This document shows positions 29,548-41,254 of a stretch of 60,670 bases of DNA, one piece after another. The stretch lies in the sequence record DRR723986_8012. One strand, written 5' to 3'. The number at the start of each line of letters is the position of its first letter. Position 1 is the first letter of the stretch. The notes under the pieces were generated by a model. It worked only from the letters and a program-made list of their open reading frames with translations. It had not been told where the DNA came from and did not search any database. Position numbers and translations under genes: made by a program.

Positions 29548-29967
29548 ATGTACGCAGAATGGACACGCAAAGATTGGTTCACGATTGGCGAAGCCGCCAT
29601 GGAATCCGGGATCACCGCAAAAATGATTCGGCATTATGAAATGGTGGGTTTATTGCCCGAGGCCAACCGCACCGAGGCTGGTTATCGTTTGTACAACAGC
29701 CGCGATTTGCACTTGCTGCGCTTTATCCGGCACTCACGTGACCTTGGTTTTTCGATCAAGCAGATTGAGGAATTGCTTGGCCTGTGGCAAGACAAAACGC
29801 GCCCAAGCAGGGAGGTCAAAAAACTTGCGCAATCACACTTGAATGCACTGGAAGCGAAAATTCGCGAATTGAATGCAATGAAGGCCGAACTGGAACGCCT
29901 GGTTCACTGTTGCAAAGGTGATTCTCGGCCCGACTGCCCGATACTTGAAGGGCTGGCTGCTGAATAA
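29548..29967 (+). CDS. cueR: Cu(I)-responsive MerR regulator
   Basis: IGEAA..KMIRHYE HTH; CCKGDSRPDCPIL metal-binding loop. Start 29548 or 29542. Confidence 0.93.
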   Translation: MYAEWTRKDWFTIGEAAMESGITAKMIRHYEMVGLLPEANRTEAGYRLYNSRDLHLLRFIRHSRDLGFSIKQIEELLGLWQDKTRPSREVKKLAQSHLNALEAKIRELNAMKAELERLVHCCKGDSRPDCPILEGLAAE

Positions 29968-29972
29968 TCAGA

Positions 29973-30743
29973 TCAGTGATTGCCGGGAACCACCGCAATA
30001 TGGCCCGACTCTGTTTTACTGACTGTAACTGGAACGCCGTACAGTGCGCTCAAGGTCTCCGAGGTGATTACCTGATGGGCAGGGCCAAGCGCAAGCACGG
30101 TACGCCCTTTCAGCAAGCAAGCAGTCGCATTGACTCCCAAGGCATCTTGCGGGTTGTGCGTGCTCAGCACCACACTTTTTCCGGCGGCTGCAAGCGATGC
30201 CAGCGTGTGCATTACCTTGGCCGCATTGGCAAAGTCGAGATTGGCGGTGGGTTCATCGAGAATCAGAGTTTGCGCACCCTGACACAGGGCGCGCGCTATC
30301 AGCACCAGTTGTTGTTGCCCGCCGGAAAGCAGATTGAAATCTCGTAGTTTCAATTCACTGATGCCCAATTGTTCCAGTGCATGGTGCACCGCTTGGTGGT
30401 CGGCCTGTGTGGGGCCACCGAACAAACCCCAATGCGTGGTTCGGCCCATCAACACGGTATCCCACACGGAAAACCCGAGATTGTTGGCATGGCTTTGTGG
30501 CACATAAGCCAAGTGCTTCGCCAATGCCGGTGACGCCAGGTTTTGCAGGGGAGCGTTGTTGATCAGCACCCGCCCTGCGCAAGGGGGAATCAAGTTCAAC
30601 AGCGTTTTGATCAGTGTGCTTTTGCCGCTGCCGTTGGGGCCGAGCAGGCAAAGTATTTCGCCTTGTTTCAACTCCAGGTTAACGTGCTCGACCACTGCAC
30701 AGCCCCCGTGGCCCACTGACAGGTTTTCGGTTTTCAGGCTCAT
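29973..30743 (-). CDS. ABC transporter ATP-binding subunit (FecE/BtuD-like)
   Basis: GPNGSGKST, LSGGQQQ, LILDEPT, STH. Confidence 0.9.
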   Translation of the reverse strand: MSLKTENLSVGHGGCAVVEHVNLELKQGEILCLLGPNGSGKSTLIKTLLNLIPPCAGRVLINNAPLQNLASPALAKHLAYVPQSHANNLGFSVWDTVLMGRTTHWGLFGGPTQADHQAVHHALEQLGISELKLRDFNLLSGGQQQLVLIARALCQGAQTLILDEPTANLDFANAAKVMHTLASLAAAGKSVVLSTHNPQDALGVNATACLLKGRTVLALGPAHQVITSETLSALYGVPVTVSKTESGHIAVVPGNH

Positions 30744-31735
30744 GAACTGGCTCCCGCACGCCGTAGTAGCAGTCCTAAAAAGAAAGGTGCACCCACCAGG
30801 GCAGTGAGAATGCCCAACGGTATTTCAAGATCGCCTGCGCTGCGCGAGGCCGTGTCCACCAACAACAAAAACAACGCACCCATAACGATGGACATGGGCA
30901 ACAGACGAGCAAGGCTTGGACCCACCAGCAGGCGTGCTGCGTGGGGAATCAACAAACCGATCCAGCCGATGACGCCAGCCACGGCAACCACCGCGCTGGT
31001 CATGATGGTGGCAAGCGCAATCACGGCAATTCGAAGGGGTTTGACTTGCACTCCCAAAGCGCTCGCCTCAGCTTCGGGCAGGCTCAGCACATTCAGACGC
31101 CAGCGCAGCAAATACAGCACCGAGCAGGCCACCAGCACCACTGGCGCCACCACCCAAACTTGTGCCATGTGCATGCCGCTTAAACTGCCCAGCAACCAGA
31201 AGGTAATGGCTGGCAATTGATCGTAAGGGTCGGCGAGAATTTTCAATAAAGAAGTGATTGCCCCAGCCAGTGCACCCAGCACTACGCCGGTCAACACCAG
31301 CACCAGGGTTCGGTCAGCATGTTGAATCGCTTTGCCCAGTGCAATCACCAATGCCACTGCGGCTATGCCACCTGCAAATGCCAGGCTTTGCACACCCAGG
31401 CTGGGCAGGCCCAGAAACAAACCCAGAACGGCACCCAGCCCAGCGCCCGAGGACACACCCAAAATATCGGGCGACACCAGCGGGTTTCGAAACAGAAGCT
31501 GATAAGCCGCGCCAGCTGCCGCCAAGGCAGCGCCCACTAAAATGGCACCCAGCGTGCGGGGTAGTCGAATGTCTTGAACCACTTGCACTGCCATCGGTTC
31601 GCCGGAACCCAGCAAGGCATGCAGGCTATCGAGAAGGCTCAGGGGATAAGCGCCCAAGGTAAGCGACAGTGCAGCAAAGCCGATCAAAATGATCAGCAGC
31701 AAAGGAAGGCTGTAGGGGAGGACAGCTCGTGGCAT
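30740..31735 (-). CDS. FecCD/BtuC-family ABC permease
   Basis: IRLPR, FRNPLVSPDILGVSSGA, FWLLGS, EIPLGILTALVGAPFF. Start uncertain (31735-31789). Confidence 0.88.
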   Translation of the reverse strand: MPRAVLPYSLPLLLIILIGFAALSLTLGAYPLSLLDSLHALLGSGEPMAVQVVQDIRLPRTLGAILVGAALAAAGAAYQLLFRNPLVSPDILGVSSGAGLGAVLGLFLGLPSLGVQSLAFAGGIAAVALVIALGKAIQHADRTLVLVLTGVVLGALAGAITSLLKILADPYDQLPAITFWLLGSLSGMHMAQVWVVAPVVLVACSVLYLLRWRLNVLSLPEAEASALGVQVKPLRIAVIALATIMTSAVVAVAGVIGWIGLLIPHAARLLVGPSLARLLPMSIVMGALFLLLVDTASRSAGDLEIPLGILTALVGAPFFLGLLLRRAGASS

Positions 31736-31791
31736 GTGGGGCGCGGCAGTGAAGTAGAGCCCGAGTATACCCCAGGCCTGCCGCGCCAATC

Positions 31792-32391
31792 TCAGCTTTG
31801 AAGCATCTGTTGAATGACGCTTTTCAAGACACGGGCAATGTCGTCGGCCTTCATGTCCGGGTCGCGTATGGCGCGAATTTGAAGTCCGTCGAACAGAGCC
31901 ATCAGAATGGTGGATTTCGCAGCCAGATTGAGCTCGCAGGGTGGCGAGTCTTTCAAAGGCTGAATACCTTTGATCAAATGCGTCACCTTCTCTCGAATCA
32001 CTGCGTCGGTGCCTTGAACCGTGGCGGCAATTTTCGGGTTTCGTGCGGCCTCTGCCAAAATTTCCGTATCCAGTTCGCTTCGGTCAATGCGCCGTTGCAC
32101 ACCTTCATCCACCGTGCCCAGCATGGCTTTCAGAATGTCTTTCTCACCTTGAATTTTTGCGATTCGCTCAAGCGCCTGGTCCAGGTCACGCTTGACCATG
32201 GCTTCAATAATCGCTTCCTTGCTTTCGAAGTAGTTGTAGATGTGCCCGGCACTCATGCCAAAAGATTTCGCAATCTCGGACATGCTTGCACCGTGAAAGC
32301 CGCTTTTCCGAAAACACTCGGCTGCTGCATCCAGAATTTGCTGACGGCGAAGTTCCGCTTTGCTGGTCACGGTTTTAGCCTCGTTGATCAT
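31792..32391 (-). CDS. TetR/AcrR family regulator of the RND operon
   Basis: [47 protein letters not shown]. Confidence 0.92.
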   Translation of the reverse strand: MINEAKTVTSKAELRRQQILDAAAECFRKSGFHGASMSEIAKSFGMSAGHIYNYFESKEAIIEAMVKRDLDQALERIAKIQGEKDILKAMLGTVDEGVQRRIDRSELDTEILAEAARNPKIAATVQGTDAVIREKVTHLIKGIQPLKDSPPCELNLAAKSTILMALFDGLQIRAIRDPDMKADDIARVLKSVIQQMLQS

Positions 32392-33859
32392 AGCTGCCTC
32401 CCCTCGATGGATAGTCGCTCGCCAGGTTAGCGTCACTCTCAGTCCAGCCACCACCCAGCGCCTTGTACAAGGTCACCAGGTTGGCAGTGCGCGCCAGTCG
32501 AACTGCGATCAGGTCTTGTTGTGCTGAATAAAGCGCCCTTTGCGAATCGAGCACATTTAAATAGCTGTCAATGCCACGTTTAAACCGGGCCTCGCTGAGT
32601 TTGTAGCTTTCCGAGGTGGCTTCCACCAAGGCATTTTGTGCATCCAGTTCTGCATCCAGTGTGCCCCGTGCAGCCAAGGCATCAGCCACTTCACGGAATG
32701 CGCCCTGTACTGTTTTTTCATATTCAGCCAATGCAATTTGCTGATCTGTTTTTGCGACCTCGAGGTTGGCACTATTGCGACCAGCATCAAAAATCGGCAA
32801 GTTGATTCTGGGAATGAAGCTCCAGGTGCGCGAGCCGGATTCAAACAGGCCATCCAGCGACGAGCTGGCAGTGCCTGCATCAGCGGTCAGGCTGATGCTG
32901 GGAAAAAATGCGGCACGGGCTGCGCCAATACGTGCATTGCTGGCTTGAAGCAGACGTTCGGCTGACTCCACATCCGGGCGACGTTGCAATACCTCGGAGG
33001 GAATGTCAGCGCGAAGTTCAACCATGGCAGCGGCTCCCTCCAGGTTGCTGTCGGGCAGCAATTCTTTCGGAATGTTTTTGCCCACCAGCAGCTCGAGCGC
33101 ATTGCGGTCTTGAGCCACAGCACGTGTAAACCGGGCCACATCGGCGCGGGACACTTCGACACTGGTTTGGGCCTGGCGCAAATCAAGTTGAGAGGCCACA
33201 CCCAAATCAAAACTGCGCTTGATTAAATCGTAGGCATCACGCTGGTTTTTCAAGGTGTCTTGCGCCAGTTCAAGCAAGGCTTGATCAGAGGCCAGGGTGA
33301 GGTAGCTGGAGGCCACCTCTGCGATCAAGCTGATTTGTGTGCTTTTGCGTGCTTCTTCGGTGGCCAGAAAACGCTGCAAGGCCTCTTCATTGAGGCTACG
33401 CACCCGGCCAAACAGATCGAGTTCATAGGCAGCAAAACCCACTGTTGCGCTGTACTGTTTCGGGGTGGCACCGCCAGAGCGACCGCCGCTTAAATCAGCG
33501 GGCAAGCGTTGACGATTGCCTTCACCGTCAGCAGAAATGGTGGGAAACAAATCGCTGCGCTGCACTTGGTAGAGCGCACGTGCCCGCTCAATATTCAGCG
33601 CTGCAATTCTTAAATCCCGGTTTTCTTTCAAGGCCAGTTCCAGCAATTGCTCCAGGCGCTGGTCCACAAACAAATCTCGCCAGGCCAGGTCAATTGCCGC
33701 CTGCGCTGCAGGGCTGTCGGGCTGGTAGGCCTCACCCTCGGGCCAGTTGCTGGCCACCGGCGCGGCAGGTTGTTCATAACTTGGAGCCAGTGTGCCGCAA
33801 CCGGCCAAGGCCAGCGCAAACACCACTGGTGTGAGTTTCCATGCGTGAATCTTGTTCAT
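32375..33859 (-). CDS. RND outer-membrane lipoprotein (OprM/NodT family)
   Basis: Lipobox [32 protein letters not shown]. Start MNKIH. Confidence 0.93.
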   Translation of the reverse strand: MNKIHAWKLTPVVFALALAGCGTLAPSYEQPAAPVASNWPEGEAYQPDSPAAQAAIDLAWRDLFVDQRLEQLLELALKENRDLRIAALNIERARALYQVQRSDLFPTISADGEGNRQRLPADLSGGRSGGATPKQYSATVGFAAYELDLFGRVRSLNEEALQRFLATEEARKSTQISLIAEVASSYLTLASDQALLELAQDTLKNQRDAYDLIKRSFDLGVASQLDLRQAQTSVEVSRADVARFTRAVAQDRNALELLVGKNIPKELLPDSNLEGAAAMVELRADIPSEVLQRRPDVESAERLLQASNARIGAARAAFFPSISLTADAGTASSSLDGLFESGSRTWSFIPRINLPIFDAGRNSANLEVAKTDQQIALAEYEKTVQGAFREVADALAARGTLDAELDAQNALVEATSESYKLSEARFKRGIDSYLNVLDSQRALYSAQQDLIAVRLARTANLVTLYKALGGGWTESDANLASDYPSRGGSYDQRG

Positions 33860-33860
33860 G

Positions 33861-36800
33861 TCATTCTCCCTGTGCAGTGGCGTTTTTCCCGGCCCGTTTT
33901 TTGCCAAACAAGCGGGTGACCACCACAAAGAACATGGGTACAAAGAAAATGCCCAGCGCGGTTGCAGAAATGGTGCCGCCCAGTACGCCGGTACCAATTG
34001 CATTCTGGCTGCCTGAGCCGGCGCCGGTCGAGATGGCCAAGGGCACCACACCCAAACCAAAGGCCAGCGAGGTCATGATGATGGGACGCAAACGCATGCG
34101 TACCGCATCCAGTGTGGCCTCCAGCAAATCGCGGCCCTGGTCGAATTGCTCCTTGGCAAATTCAACAATCAGGATTGCATTTTTGGCCGACAAGCCCACT
34201 GTGGTCAGCAAGGCCACCTGAAAGTACACGTCGTTGGCCAAGCCACGGCCACTGGCCGCAAGCAGTGCACCCACCACGCCCAGGGGCACAATCAGCATGA
34301 CCGCGAAAGGAATGGACCAGCTTTCATACAAGGCTGCCAGACACAAAAACACGATCAACAATGACAAGGCGTAGAGCAGTGGTGCCTGCGAACCCGACTG
34401 CCGTTCCTCGTAGGACAAACCGGTCCACTCAATGCCCATGCCCTCAGGCAGGTTTTCTGCAATCGCCTCCATGGCATCCATGGCGTCGCCTGAACTCATG
34501 CCAGGTGCAGCCTGCCCCTGAATTTCAACAGCGGGAAGGCCGTTGTAACGCTCAAGGCGTGGAGAGGCCATGGACCACTCTGCTGACGAGAAGTTGGAGA
34601 AGGGCACCATTTCGCCGTCGCTGTTGCGTACGTAGAAGCGGTTCAGGTCTTCGGGCAACATGCGGAATGGCGCATCGGCCTGCATGTACACGCGCTTCAC
34701 ACGACCTCGGTCCAGAAAGTCATTGATGAAACTGCCACCCCAGGCCGAGGTGAGCGTGTCGCTGATTTCTGAAACCGTGACACCCAGTGCGCCAGCTTTG
34801 GCGTTGTCAATATCAAGCTGATATTGCGGAGTGTCGGCAGTCGCATTGGGGCGAACACCCGTCAATATCGGGTTTTTCGCGGCTTCGCCAATCATGCTGT
34901 TACGGGCCTGAATCAGCGCATCACGGCCCAAACCAGTGCGGTCTTGAATGAACAGGTTAAAGCCGGAGGCATTGCCCAATTCCCGAATGGCTGGGGGTGC
35001 AAAGGCAAAAGCTTGTGCTTCTGGCCAGCTTGCGAATTCAGCCGAGGCACGTTGAACAATGCCAGCCGCGGAGTTTTCTTTGCCGGGGCGTTCACTCCAG
35101 TCGCGCAGCCTCACAAAGCCAATGCCTGAGTTTTGACCCGTGCCCGAGAAACTGAAACCCGCCACGGTGAACAGGGACTTCACATTGTCACCTTCCTCAT
35201 TGAGGAAGTAGTCCTCCATCTTGGCCAGTACTTGCAAGGTTTGTTCTTGCGTGGCACCCGCCGGCAATTGCACCTGCGTGAAGAACACGCCTTGATCTTC
35301 ATCGGGCAGGAATGAAGTGGGCAAGCGGGTGAACATGAAGGCGGTGACAGCCAACAGGCCACCGTAAATAATCAGGTATCGCCCCGATTTGTGCAGCATG
35401 CGACCCACTGCGCTTTGGTAGCGCGCATTGCTTGAATCAAACTTGCGGTTGAACCAGCCGAAGAATCCTTTTTTCTCGTGGGTGTGACCCTTCTCAATGG
35501 GCTTGAGCATGGTGGCGCACAAGGCCGGTGTCAGCACCAGTGCAACAATCACCGACAAGGCCATGGCTGACACAATGGTGATTGAAAACTGCTTGTAAAT
35601 AACACCTGCCGAGCCCGGGAAAAATGCCATGGGCACAAATACCGCCGACAGTACCAAACCAATACCCACCAAGGCACCGGTAATTTGGTCCATCGATTTT
35701 CGTGTGGCTTCCAAAGGCGACAAACCTTCCTCGGCCATCACACGTTCCACGTTCTCAACCACCACAATGGCGTCGTCCACCAGCAGGCCAATGGCCAGTA
35801 CCATGGCAAACATGGTCAGTGTGTTGATTGAAAAACCGAATGCAGAAAGCACTGCAAACGTACCCAGCAACACCACGGGCACGGCGATGGTTGGAATCAG
35901 CGTCGCTCGGAAATTTTGCAGGAACAGGTACATCACCAGGAACACGAGAATAATCGCCTCGATCAGGGTTTTGACCACGCCTTCAATCGAGATTTTTACA
36001 AATGGAGTTGTGTCGTAAGCCACATCCCATTCCATGCCTTCGGGAATCAAGGGAGTGATGCGCTCCATTTCGGCGATCACGCCCTCCGCGGTGTCCAGTG
36101 CGTTGGCACCCGAGGCCAGACGAATACCGATACCCGATGCATTACGTCCGTTCCAGCGGGGCAAAATATTGTAGTTCTCACTGCCGTAGTCAATTCGAGC
36201 CACGTCCTTCAGGCGCACAGTGGCACCGTCTCCGGCGGTTCTTAAAATGATTTGCTCGAAGTCCTCCGGTGTTTCAAGCAAGGTTTGTGCGGTGATGGTT
36301 GCAGTCAGTGTTTGACCTTTCACAGCCGGTGCACCGCCCAGTTCACCTGCAGACACCTGTGCGTTCTGGGCCAGCACGGCATTGCGAATATCGCCAGGCG
36401 TCACCTTGAACTGATTCATTTTGTCCGGGTTCAACCAGATGCGCATGGCATAAGGGCTACCAAACACCTGTACCTCACCCACACCGTTCACGCGGCTCAT
36501 GGTGTCTTGTACATTGGTGGTGATGAAGTCGGCCAGCTCAGTAGAAGTGTATGCACCATCCACGGCTGTGAAGGCGATCACCAGCAGGTAACCCGTTGAA
36601 CTTTTGGTCACCTGAATACCCTGGCGTTGTACCGCATCGGGCAGCAAGGGCACGGCCAGGCTCAATTTGTTTTGAACTTGAACCTGAGCAATGTCAGGGT
36701 TGGTACCTGGTTCAAAAGTCAGCTCGATTCGCAGTCGACCAGTGGAGTCACTGGTGGACTTCATGTAGCGGAAACCATCCAGGCCAGTCATTCGTTGCTC

Positions 36801-36995
36801 AATTACCTGGGTGACCGAATCTTGCAGGGTTTCTGCGGAGGCACCGGGGTAGGTGGCTTGAATGGTAACAGCGGGCGGTGCAATGGCTGGATACTGCGCC
36901 ACAGGCAAGTTGAAAATGGCCAACGCGCCGGCCAGCATGATCACTATCGCGATCACCCACGCAAAAATGGGGCGATCAATAAAAAATCGGGACAT
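33861..36995 (-). CDS. HAE1 RND efflux permease (AcrB/MexB family)
   Basis: [46 protein letters not shown]. Confidence 0.96.
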   Translation of the reverse strand: MSRFFIDRPIFAWVIAIVIMLAGALAIFNLPVAQYPAIAPPAVTIQATYPGASAETLQDSVTQVIEQRMTGLDGFRYMKSTSDSTGRLRIELTFEPGTNPDIAQVQVQNKLSLAVPLLPDAVQRQGIQVTKSSTGYLLVIAFTAVDGAYTSTELADFITTNVQDTMSRVNGVGEVQVFGSPYAMRIWLNPDKMNQFKVTPGDIRNAVLAQNAQVSAGELGGAPAVKGQTLTATITAQTLLETPEDFEQIILRTAGDGATVRLKDVARIDYGSENYNILPRWNGRNASGIGIRLASGANALDTAEGVIAEMERITPLIPEGMEWDVAYDTTPFVKISIEGVVKTLIEAIILVFLVMYLFLQNFRATLIPTIAVPVVLLGTFAVLSAFGFSINTLTMFAMVLAIGLLVDDAIVVVENVERVMAEEGLSPLEATRKSMDQITGALVGIGLVLSAVFVPMAFFPGSAGVIYKQFSITIVSAMALSVIVALVLTPALCATMLKPIEKGHTHEKKGFFGWFNRKFDSSNARYQSAVGRMLHKSGRYLIIYGGLLAVTAFMFTRLPTSFLPDEDQGVFFTQVQLPAGATQEQTLQVLAKMEDYFLNEEGDNVKSLFTVAGFSFSGTGQNSGIGFVRLRDWSERPGKENSAAGIVQRASAEFASWPEAQAFAFAPPAIRELGNASGFNLFIQDRTGLGRDALIQARNSMIGEAAKNPILTGVRPNATADTPQYQLDIDNAKAGALGVTVSEISDTLTSAWGGSFINDFLDRGRVKRVYMQADAPFRMLPEDLNRFYVRNSDGEMVPFSNFSSAEWSMASPRLERYNGLPAVEIQGQAAPGMSSGDAMDAMEAIAENLPEGMGIEWTGLSYEERQSGSQAPLLYALSLLIVFLCLAALYESWSIPFAVMLIVPLGVVGALLAASGRGLANDVYFQVALLTTVGLSAKNAILIVEFAKEQFDQGRDLLEATLDAVRMRLRPIIMTSLAFGLGVVPLAISTGAGSGSQNAIGTGVLGGTISATALGIFFVPMFFVVVTRLFGKKRAGKNATAQGE

Positions 36996-37019
36996 GGTAC
37001 TACTCCTGCCAGGCGTTAT

Positions 37020-38180
37020 TTACTTGTTCTCAGAGTCGGAAAGGATTTCCACTTCCTGACCGGGACGAACTTTCTGGATACCTTCGACAATCAGGCGATC
37101 ACCTGCCTGAAGGCCTTCTGCAATCAACCATTGGTCGCCAATGGCCCTGGCTGTCTCTACGCTGCGCTTTTCAACTTTGTTGTCCTCGCCTATTACGAAG
37201 GCCGAAGGTGCACCGGTTGCATCGCGCATAATTCCCTTCTGCGGCACCAAAATGCCGTCTTCGCGCACACCTTCTTCAAGTGAAGCTCGAACATACATGC
37301 CGGGCAACAATTGCAGTTTAGGGTTGGGGAATACCGCACGCAGGGTTACGGTGCCGGTGTTTTGGTCCACGGTTACATCACTGAACTGCAGCTTGCCTTC
37401 CTGCGCGTAGCTGGACCCATCTTCAAGTTTCAATGTGACTTTTGCCGCGTCCTTTCCTGCGCTTTTCAGAACACCACTTTCCAGGTCGCGCTTGAGTTGA
37501 AGCAGTTCACTGGTCGATTGAGTGAGGTCCACATAGATGGGGTCCAGTTGTTGAATGGTGGTCAGCGGGCTGGCTTGACCCTGCTGCACCAATGCGCCCG
37601 GTGTAATGCTCGAGCGGCCAATTCGACCGCTGATGGGTGCAGTCACTTTCGTGTAGTTCAGGTTGATTTGTGCCGATTGCACCGCAGCTTTGCCTGAAGC
37701 TACATCCGCTTCGGCCTGTTTCAAGGCGGCATAGGCATCATCACGTTCTTGCTGGCTCACGGCATTGAGCTTGGCCAGTTCCTGGAAGCGATCATTCCGG
37801 ATTTTTGCGCTGGTGAGGTTGGCTTCCGCCTTTTCGAGCATGGCTTTGGCGCTGGCATATTCGGCCTGGTAGGTGGAAGCATCAATTTGATACAGGGAGG
37901 TGCCTGCTTTTACGTCGCCACCCTCCTGAAACTGGCGTGCCTTGATAATGCCATTGACTTGGGGGCGCACCTCGGCAATGAGGTAAGGGCTGGTTCGGCC
38001 AGGCAATTCGGTGTAGAGCGACACTGGCTTTGCAGCCACCTCAAACACCCGAACTTTGGGCAAAGCGGGGGCAGCTGCTGCATTTGCACCGCCTTCTTGA
38101 CTGCCGCAACCGGCCAGGGTCAACGTGCCAACAGTCAACAAGGCGCTGGTGCCCAGCGCCATTTTTCTTTTATTAATCAT
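37020..38180 (-). CDS. RND membrane-fusion protein (AcrA/MexA family)
   Basis: Lipobox LAG-C; ELPGRT..AEVRPQVNG, APISGRIG, LLPGMYV. Confidence 0.95.
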   Translation of the reverse strand: MINKRKMALGTSALLTVGTLTLAGCGSQEGGANAAAAPALPKVRVFEVAAKPVSLYTELPGRTSPYLIAEVRPQVNGIIKARQFQEGGDVKAGTSLYQIDASTYQAEYASAKAMLEKAEANLTSAKIRNDRFQELAKLNAVSQQERDDAYAALKQAEADVASGKAAVQSAQINLNYTKVTAPISGRIGRSSITPGALVQQGQASPLTTIQQLDPIYVDLTQSTSELLQLKRDLESGVLKSAGKDAAKVTLKLEDGSSYAQEGKLQFSDVTVDQNTGTVTLRAVFPNPKLQLLPGMYVRASLEEGVREDGILVPQKGIMRDATGAPSAFVIGEDNKVEKRSVETARAIGDQWLIAEGLQAGDRLIVEGIQKVRPGQEVEILSDSENK

Positions 38181-38232
38181 GGTACTACCTCGAAATTAGC
38201 AATGCGGGAACAGTGAATAGACAAGAATACTG

Positions 38233-38246
38233 AATGAACGTTCATT
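38233..38246. promoter_or_regulatory. Palindromic operator upstream of the RND operon
   Basis: Perfect 14-bp palindrome AATGAACGTTCATT, about 55 bp before the MFP start; position typical of a TetR site. Confidence 0.65.
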
Positions 38247-38400
38247 TTTTCATTGAAAAAATTGACTGTCAAATAGGGACAAGTACGCATAGCCAACTAA
38301 TACAGGTGTAGAACCCCCTAATTTTAGGGGGGGTGTGTGGGGGATCTCTACCCTTTATTCTTCATACATGGAATCGTTGAAATTTCTTGCGGAGCTTGTC

Positions 38401-39825
38401 ATGAAATCAAAATTAATAGTTGCCGCAGCCTTGGGCTTTGTCCCTGGGTTAGGCTGGTCCATTGACCGTATTCAGGGCGCAGACAGTGGTTTGAGTTGTG
38501 ATTCGATCGCAACTCAACAAGCCGAAATGAATGGGTATATGGAGGCGGGTAATACAGAACGAGGGTTGGGTACCGCAGCGGTGGGTGGCGCAGCCAATGT
38601 GGGTGGGCAGGTGGCTACCTCGCAAGTGGCGAGTGGTTTGTTCGGTGCCTTTGGTGGTATTGCAGCGAAAGTGGCAGGTACCCTGGCCCAAGACCAGGCT
38701 GAGGCCGCAGTTGGACCCGATCCCGCAGCCGTTGAAAAAGCCAAATTGGCCGCAAACCGGAACGACTTTTTGACCCAATTGGCTTTGGCCAAAAATTGCG
38801 CCACACCGGGCGGAGAGAAAATGCTCACCCTCGCAGAGTTTCAGCAGGTTGCCACAGCAGCGCCATTGGGTACGGTGAAAGCCCAGGCAATGACCTCTGA
38901 GTTGGTGTTGTCCACATTGAAGGAACCTGTGTCTGTGTTGCCAACCAGTGGAGTGACTGACGGCAAATTGAGTATCAAAGGCAAGAAGGTGTTTCTCACA
39001 GAGTATCGGGTGCTGTTCGACGTCAGTGGTGAAGTCAACGCCAATACGCGGGGTGGGTACTTGTTGGGCAGTGATTACGGTTCAACCCGTGTCACTGTGA
39101 AGTACAGAATTCCGAATGTGGACGTGGCTGCTTTTCAAGTCATCACCGACAAAGCCTTCGAAGACTTTAAGTCCCGAATGACCACCACAGGGCTCGACTT
39201 GAACTATGGCAATCCACCTGAGGGTGGCGTGTATGACGCCACGCAGCCTGGCAGTACACCCGAGGTGCCGGTTTATATAACCAAAGACGTGGGTCATTCC
39301 AAACGTGTGTTTTTAGTCATGGCCCCCACGGGGATGAAGTTGATATCCAGAGGTTTCACGGGAATTGGGGCCGGCAATATTGGTAATCGCATCTCCTGGG
39401 GTGGAAAAAACTACGAGGGAATGAATGTGACCCAGACCATCAACATTGCAGACCATGAGTCCTCAGGTTCGGGTTCATCCATTTTCAGGAAACGTTCTGA
39501 GGCTGATGCCAAATCGGGTATGAGTGTGGCAGCAGGTACAGGTGAATTTCTGGTTCAAACCCATGTCAGCGGTAATTTGCTGCGAGCCGACAACCCTGTG
39601 CTGATTGCCGGTCAGTTTGCCAATTTCAAGGATGTGGGAGGTTTTGACAGCGATAAAAACACTGCTTTGCGCGTGGTCGGCACACTTCAAAATCTGGCGG
39701 GTATGGGGGCGGACAAATTCAAAACTGTTGAAAAAGAGGTTGAACTCGACGGTGCCGCTACTGCTCGCATGGCACTGCAGGGTTTGGCTACCATGAACCA
39801 GGCGGTGGCTGAATCAATCCGCTAA
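38401..39825 (+). CDS. Hypothetical secreted protein
   Basis: Signal peptide MKSKLIVAAALG..; 474-aa open frame; Gly/Ala-rich segment; RBS GGAG. Confidence 0.8.
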   Translation: MKSKLIVAAALGFVPGLGWSIDRIQGADSGLSCDSIATQQAEMNGYMEAGNTERGLGTAAVGGAANVGGQVATSQVASGLFGAFGGIAAKVAGTLAQDQAEAAVGPDPAAVEKAKLAANRNDFLTQLALAKNCATPGGEKMLTLAEFQQVATAAPLGTVKAQAMTSELVLSTLKEPVSVLPTSGVTDGKLSIKGKKVFLTEYRVLFDVSGEVNANTRGGYLLGSDYGSTRVTVKYRIPNVDVAAFQVITDKAFEDFKSRMTTTGLDLNYGNPPEGGVYDATQPGSTPEVPVYITKDVGHSKRVFLVMAPTGMKLISRGFTGIGAGNIGNRISWGGKNYEGMNVTQTINIADHESSGSGSSIFRKRSEADAKSGMSVAAGTGEFLVQTHVSGNLLRADNPVLIAGQFANFKDVGGFDSDKNTALRVVGTLQNLAGMGADKFKTVEKEVELDGAATARMALQGLATMNQAVAESIR

Positions 39826-39926
39826 GCGTGGTAGAACGGTCAAAGATGACTCCCGGAATGAATATTGCATTGATTCGCGCTTAATCTATCGAGAATCATG
39901 TTTTGTTTATTTCCGGGAGCAATACT

Positions 39927-41231
39927 TTGGACCTTTCATCAATCGTGATTGTCGGCGGCGGTGCAGGCGGCCTGGAGCTGGCTTGCAAATTGGGACGCAA
40001 GCTGGGCCCGGACCGCGTGACGCTGATCGACGCCAAGATGTACCACATCTGGAAACCCTCCCTGCATGAAGTGGCGGCGGGCACGCTGGACATTCATCAG
40101 GAAGGTTTGTCTTATCCCATGTTGGCCCACAACAATGGTTTTAACTTTGTACTGGGTGCCATGGAGGGGCTTGATGCCCACAGCAAACAGCTTGAAATTG
40201 CTGCGGTTCGTGACGACGTGGGCGATGAGGTGTTGCCCAGGCGCGTGTTGCAGTTTGGAACGCTTGTGATTTCCGTGGGCAGTCAATCCAATTATTTTGG
40301 TGTGAAAGGTGCGCAAGACTTCACCATTTCGCTGGACGGGCCGCAACAGGCCGAGAGCTTCCGCTTGAAAATGCTCAAGCATTTGGCCACGCTTGATTTG
40401 CGCAAGAGACTGGATCCATCGGCGAGCCTGGACATAGTCATTATTGGCGCCGGTGCCACCGGTGTTGAGCTGGCCGCGGAGTTGCGGGAAGCCAGCCACG
40501 TTCACAGCCGTTATGGTTTCAGCCGTATAAACGCAGCCAGCGATGTGACCATCACCATTCTGGAAGGAGCTCCCAGCATTCTGCCTGTGCTGCCAGAAAG
40601 TGTGTCGAGCGCGGCCTTGCGTTTGCTCGAGCAGCGCCACATTACGGTAGTCAACAATTGCAGGGTGGTGGAAATTTCACCCAAGCAAGTGGAGGACGCC
40701 AGTGGCAACCGCTACAAGGCCGATTTGTGCGTGTGGGCCGCGGGCATTAAGGCACCTGCCTGGCTCGCCAATCTGGGTTTGCCCGTGAACCGCAACAATC
40801 AGCTGGAAGTGGAGGGCGATTTGCGGGTGAAGGGTCAGCAGCACATTTTTTCGTTGGGTGATTGTGCAGCCTGTGTGCAACCTGATGGCAGTATGGTTCC
40901 GCCCCGCGCACAGTCTGCGCACCAGCAGGCTGATTACATTTACAAAACCATCATGAACGCCGAACGCGGCAAGCCAGCGTCGAGCAAGCCTTATTTGTAC
41001 AAGGACCATGGCTCTTTGGTGTCTCTGGGTTCTCGCAGCTCTGTGGGCAGTTTGATGGGCGGATTATTCAAAGCGAGCAGCATGTTTGTGGAAGGTTTTT
41101 TTGCACGCAGCATGTACGCGAGTTTGCACTTGATGCACCACTATGCCGTGCTGGGCGGCATGAAAACTTTTTTACTCGCCATGGCGCGTTTTCTGCTCAA
41201 ACGCGCCACACCCTTGGTGAAGCTGCACTAA
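39927..41231 (+). CDS. ndh: Type II NADH dehydrogenase
   Basis: GGGAGG, HIWKPSLHEVAAG, GAGATGVELAAE, WAAG, PPRAQSAHQ. Probable TTG start. Confidence 0.88.
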   Translation: MDLSSIVIVGGGAGGLELACKLGRKLGPDRVTLIDAKMYHIWKPSLHEVAAGTLDIHQEGLSYPMLAHNNGFNFVLGAMEGLDAHSKQLEIAAVRDDVGDEVLPRRVLQFGTLVISVGSQSNYFGVKGAQDFTISLDGPQQAESFRLKMLKHLATLDLRKRLDPSASLDIVIIGAGATGVELAAELREASHVHSRYGFSRINAASDVTITILEGAPSILPVLPESVSSAALRLLEQRHITVVNNCRVVEISPKQVEDASGNRYKADLCVWAAGIKAPAWLANLGLPVNRNNQLEVEGDLRVKGQQHIFSLGDCAACVQPDGSMVPPRAQSAHQQADYIYKTIMNAERGKPASSKPYLYKDHGSLVSLGSRSSVGSLMGGLFKASSMFVEGFFARSMYASLHLMHHYAVLGGMKTFLLAMARFLLKRATPLVKLH

Positions 41232-41254
41232 ACCTGTTTCGGCGGGTTTGCGGG

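Noticed and set aside
33860-34060. N-terminal extensions in the ORF track (OMF, TadG, copZ, tetR, SDR, CorC)
   Set aside because: They overlap neighbouring genes or promoters; downstream ATGs give family-typical N-termini.
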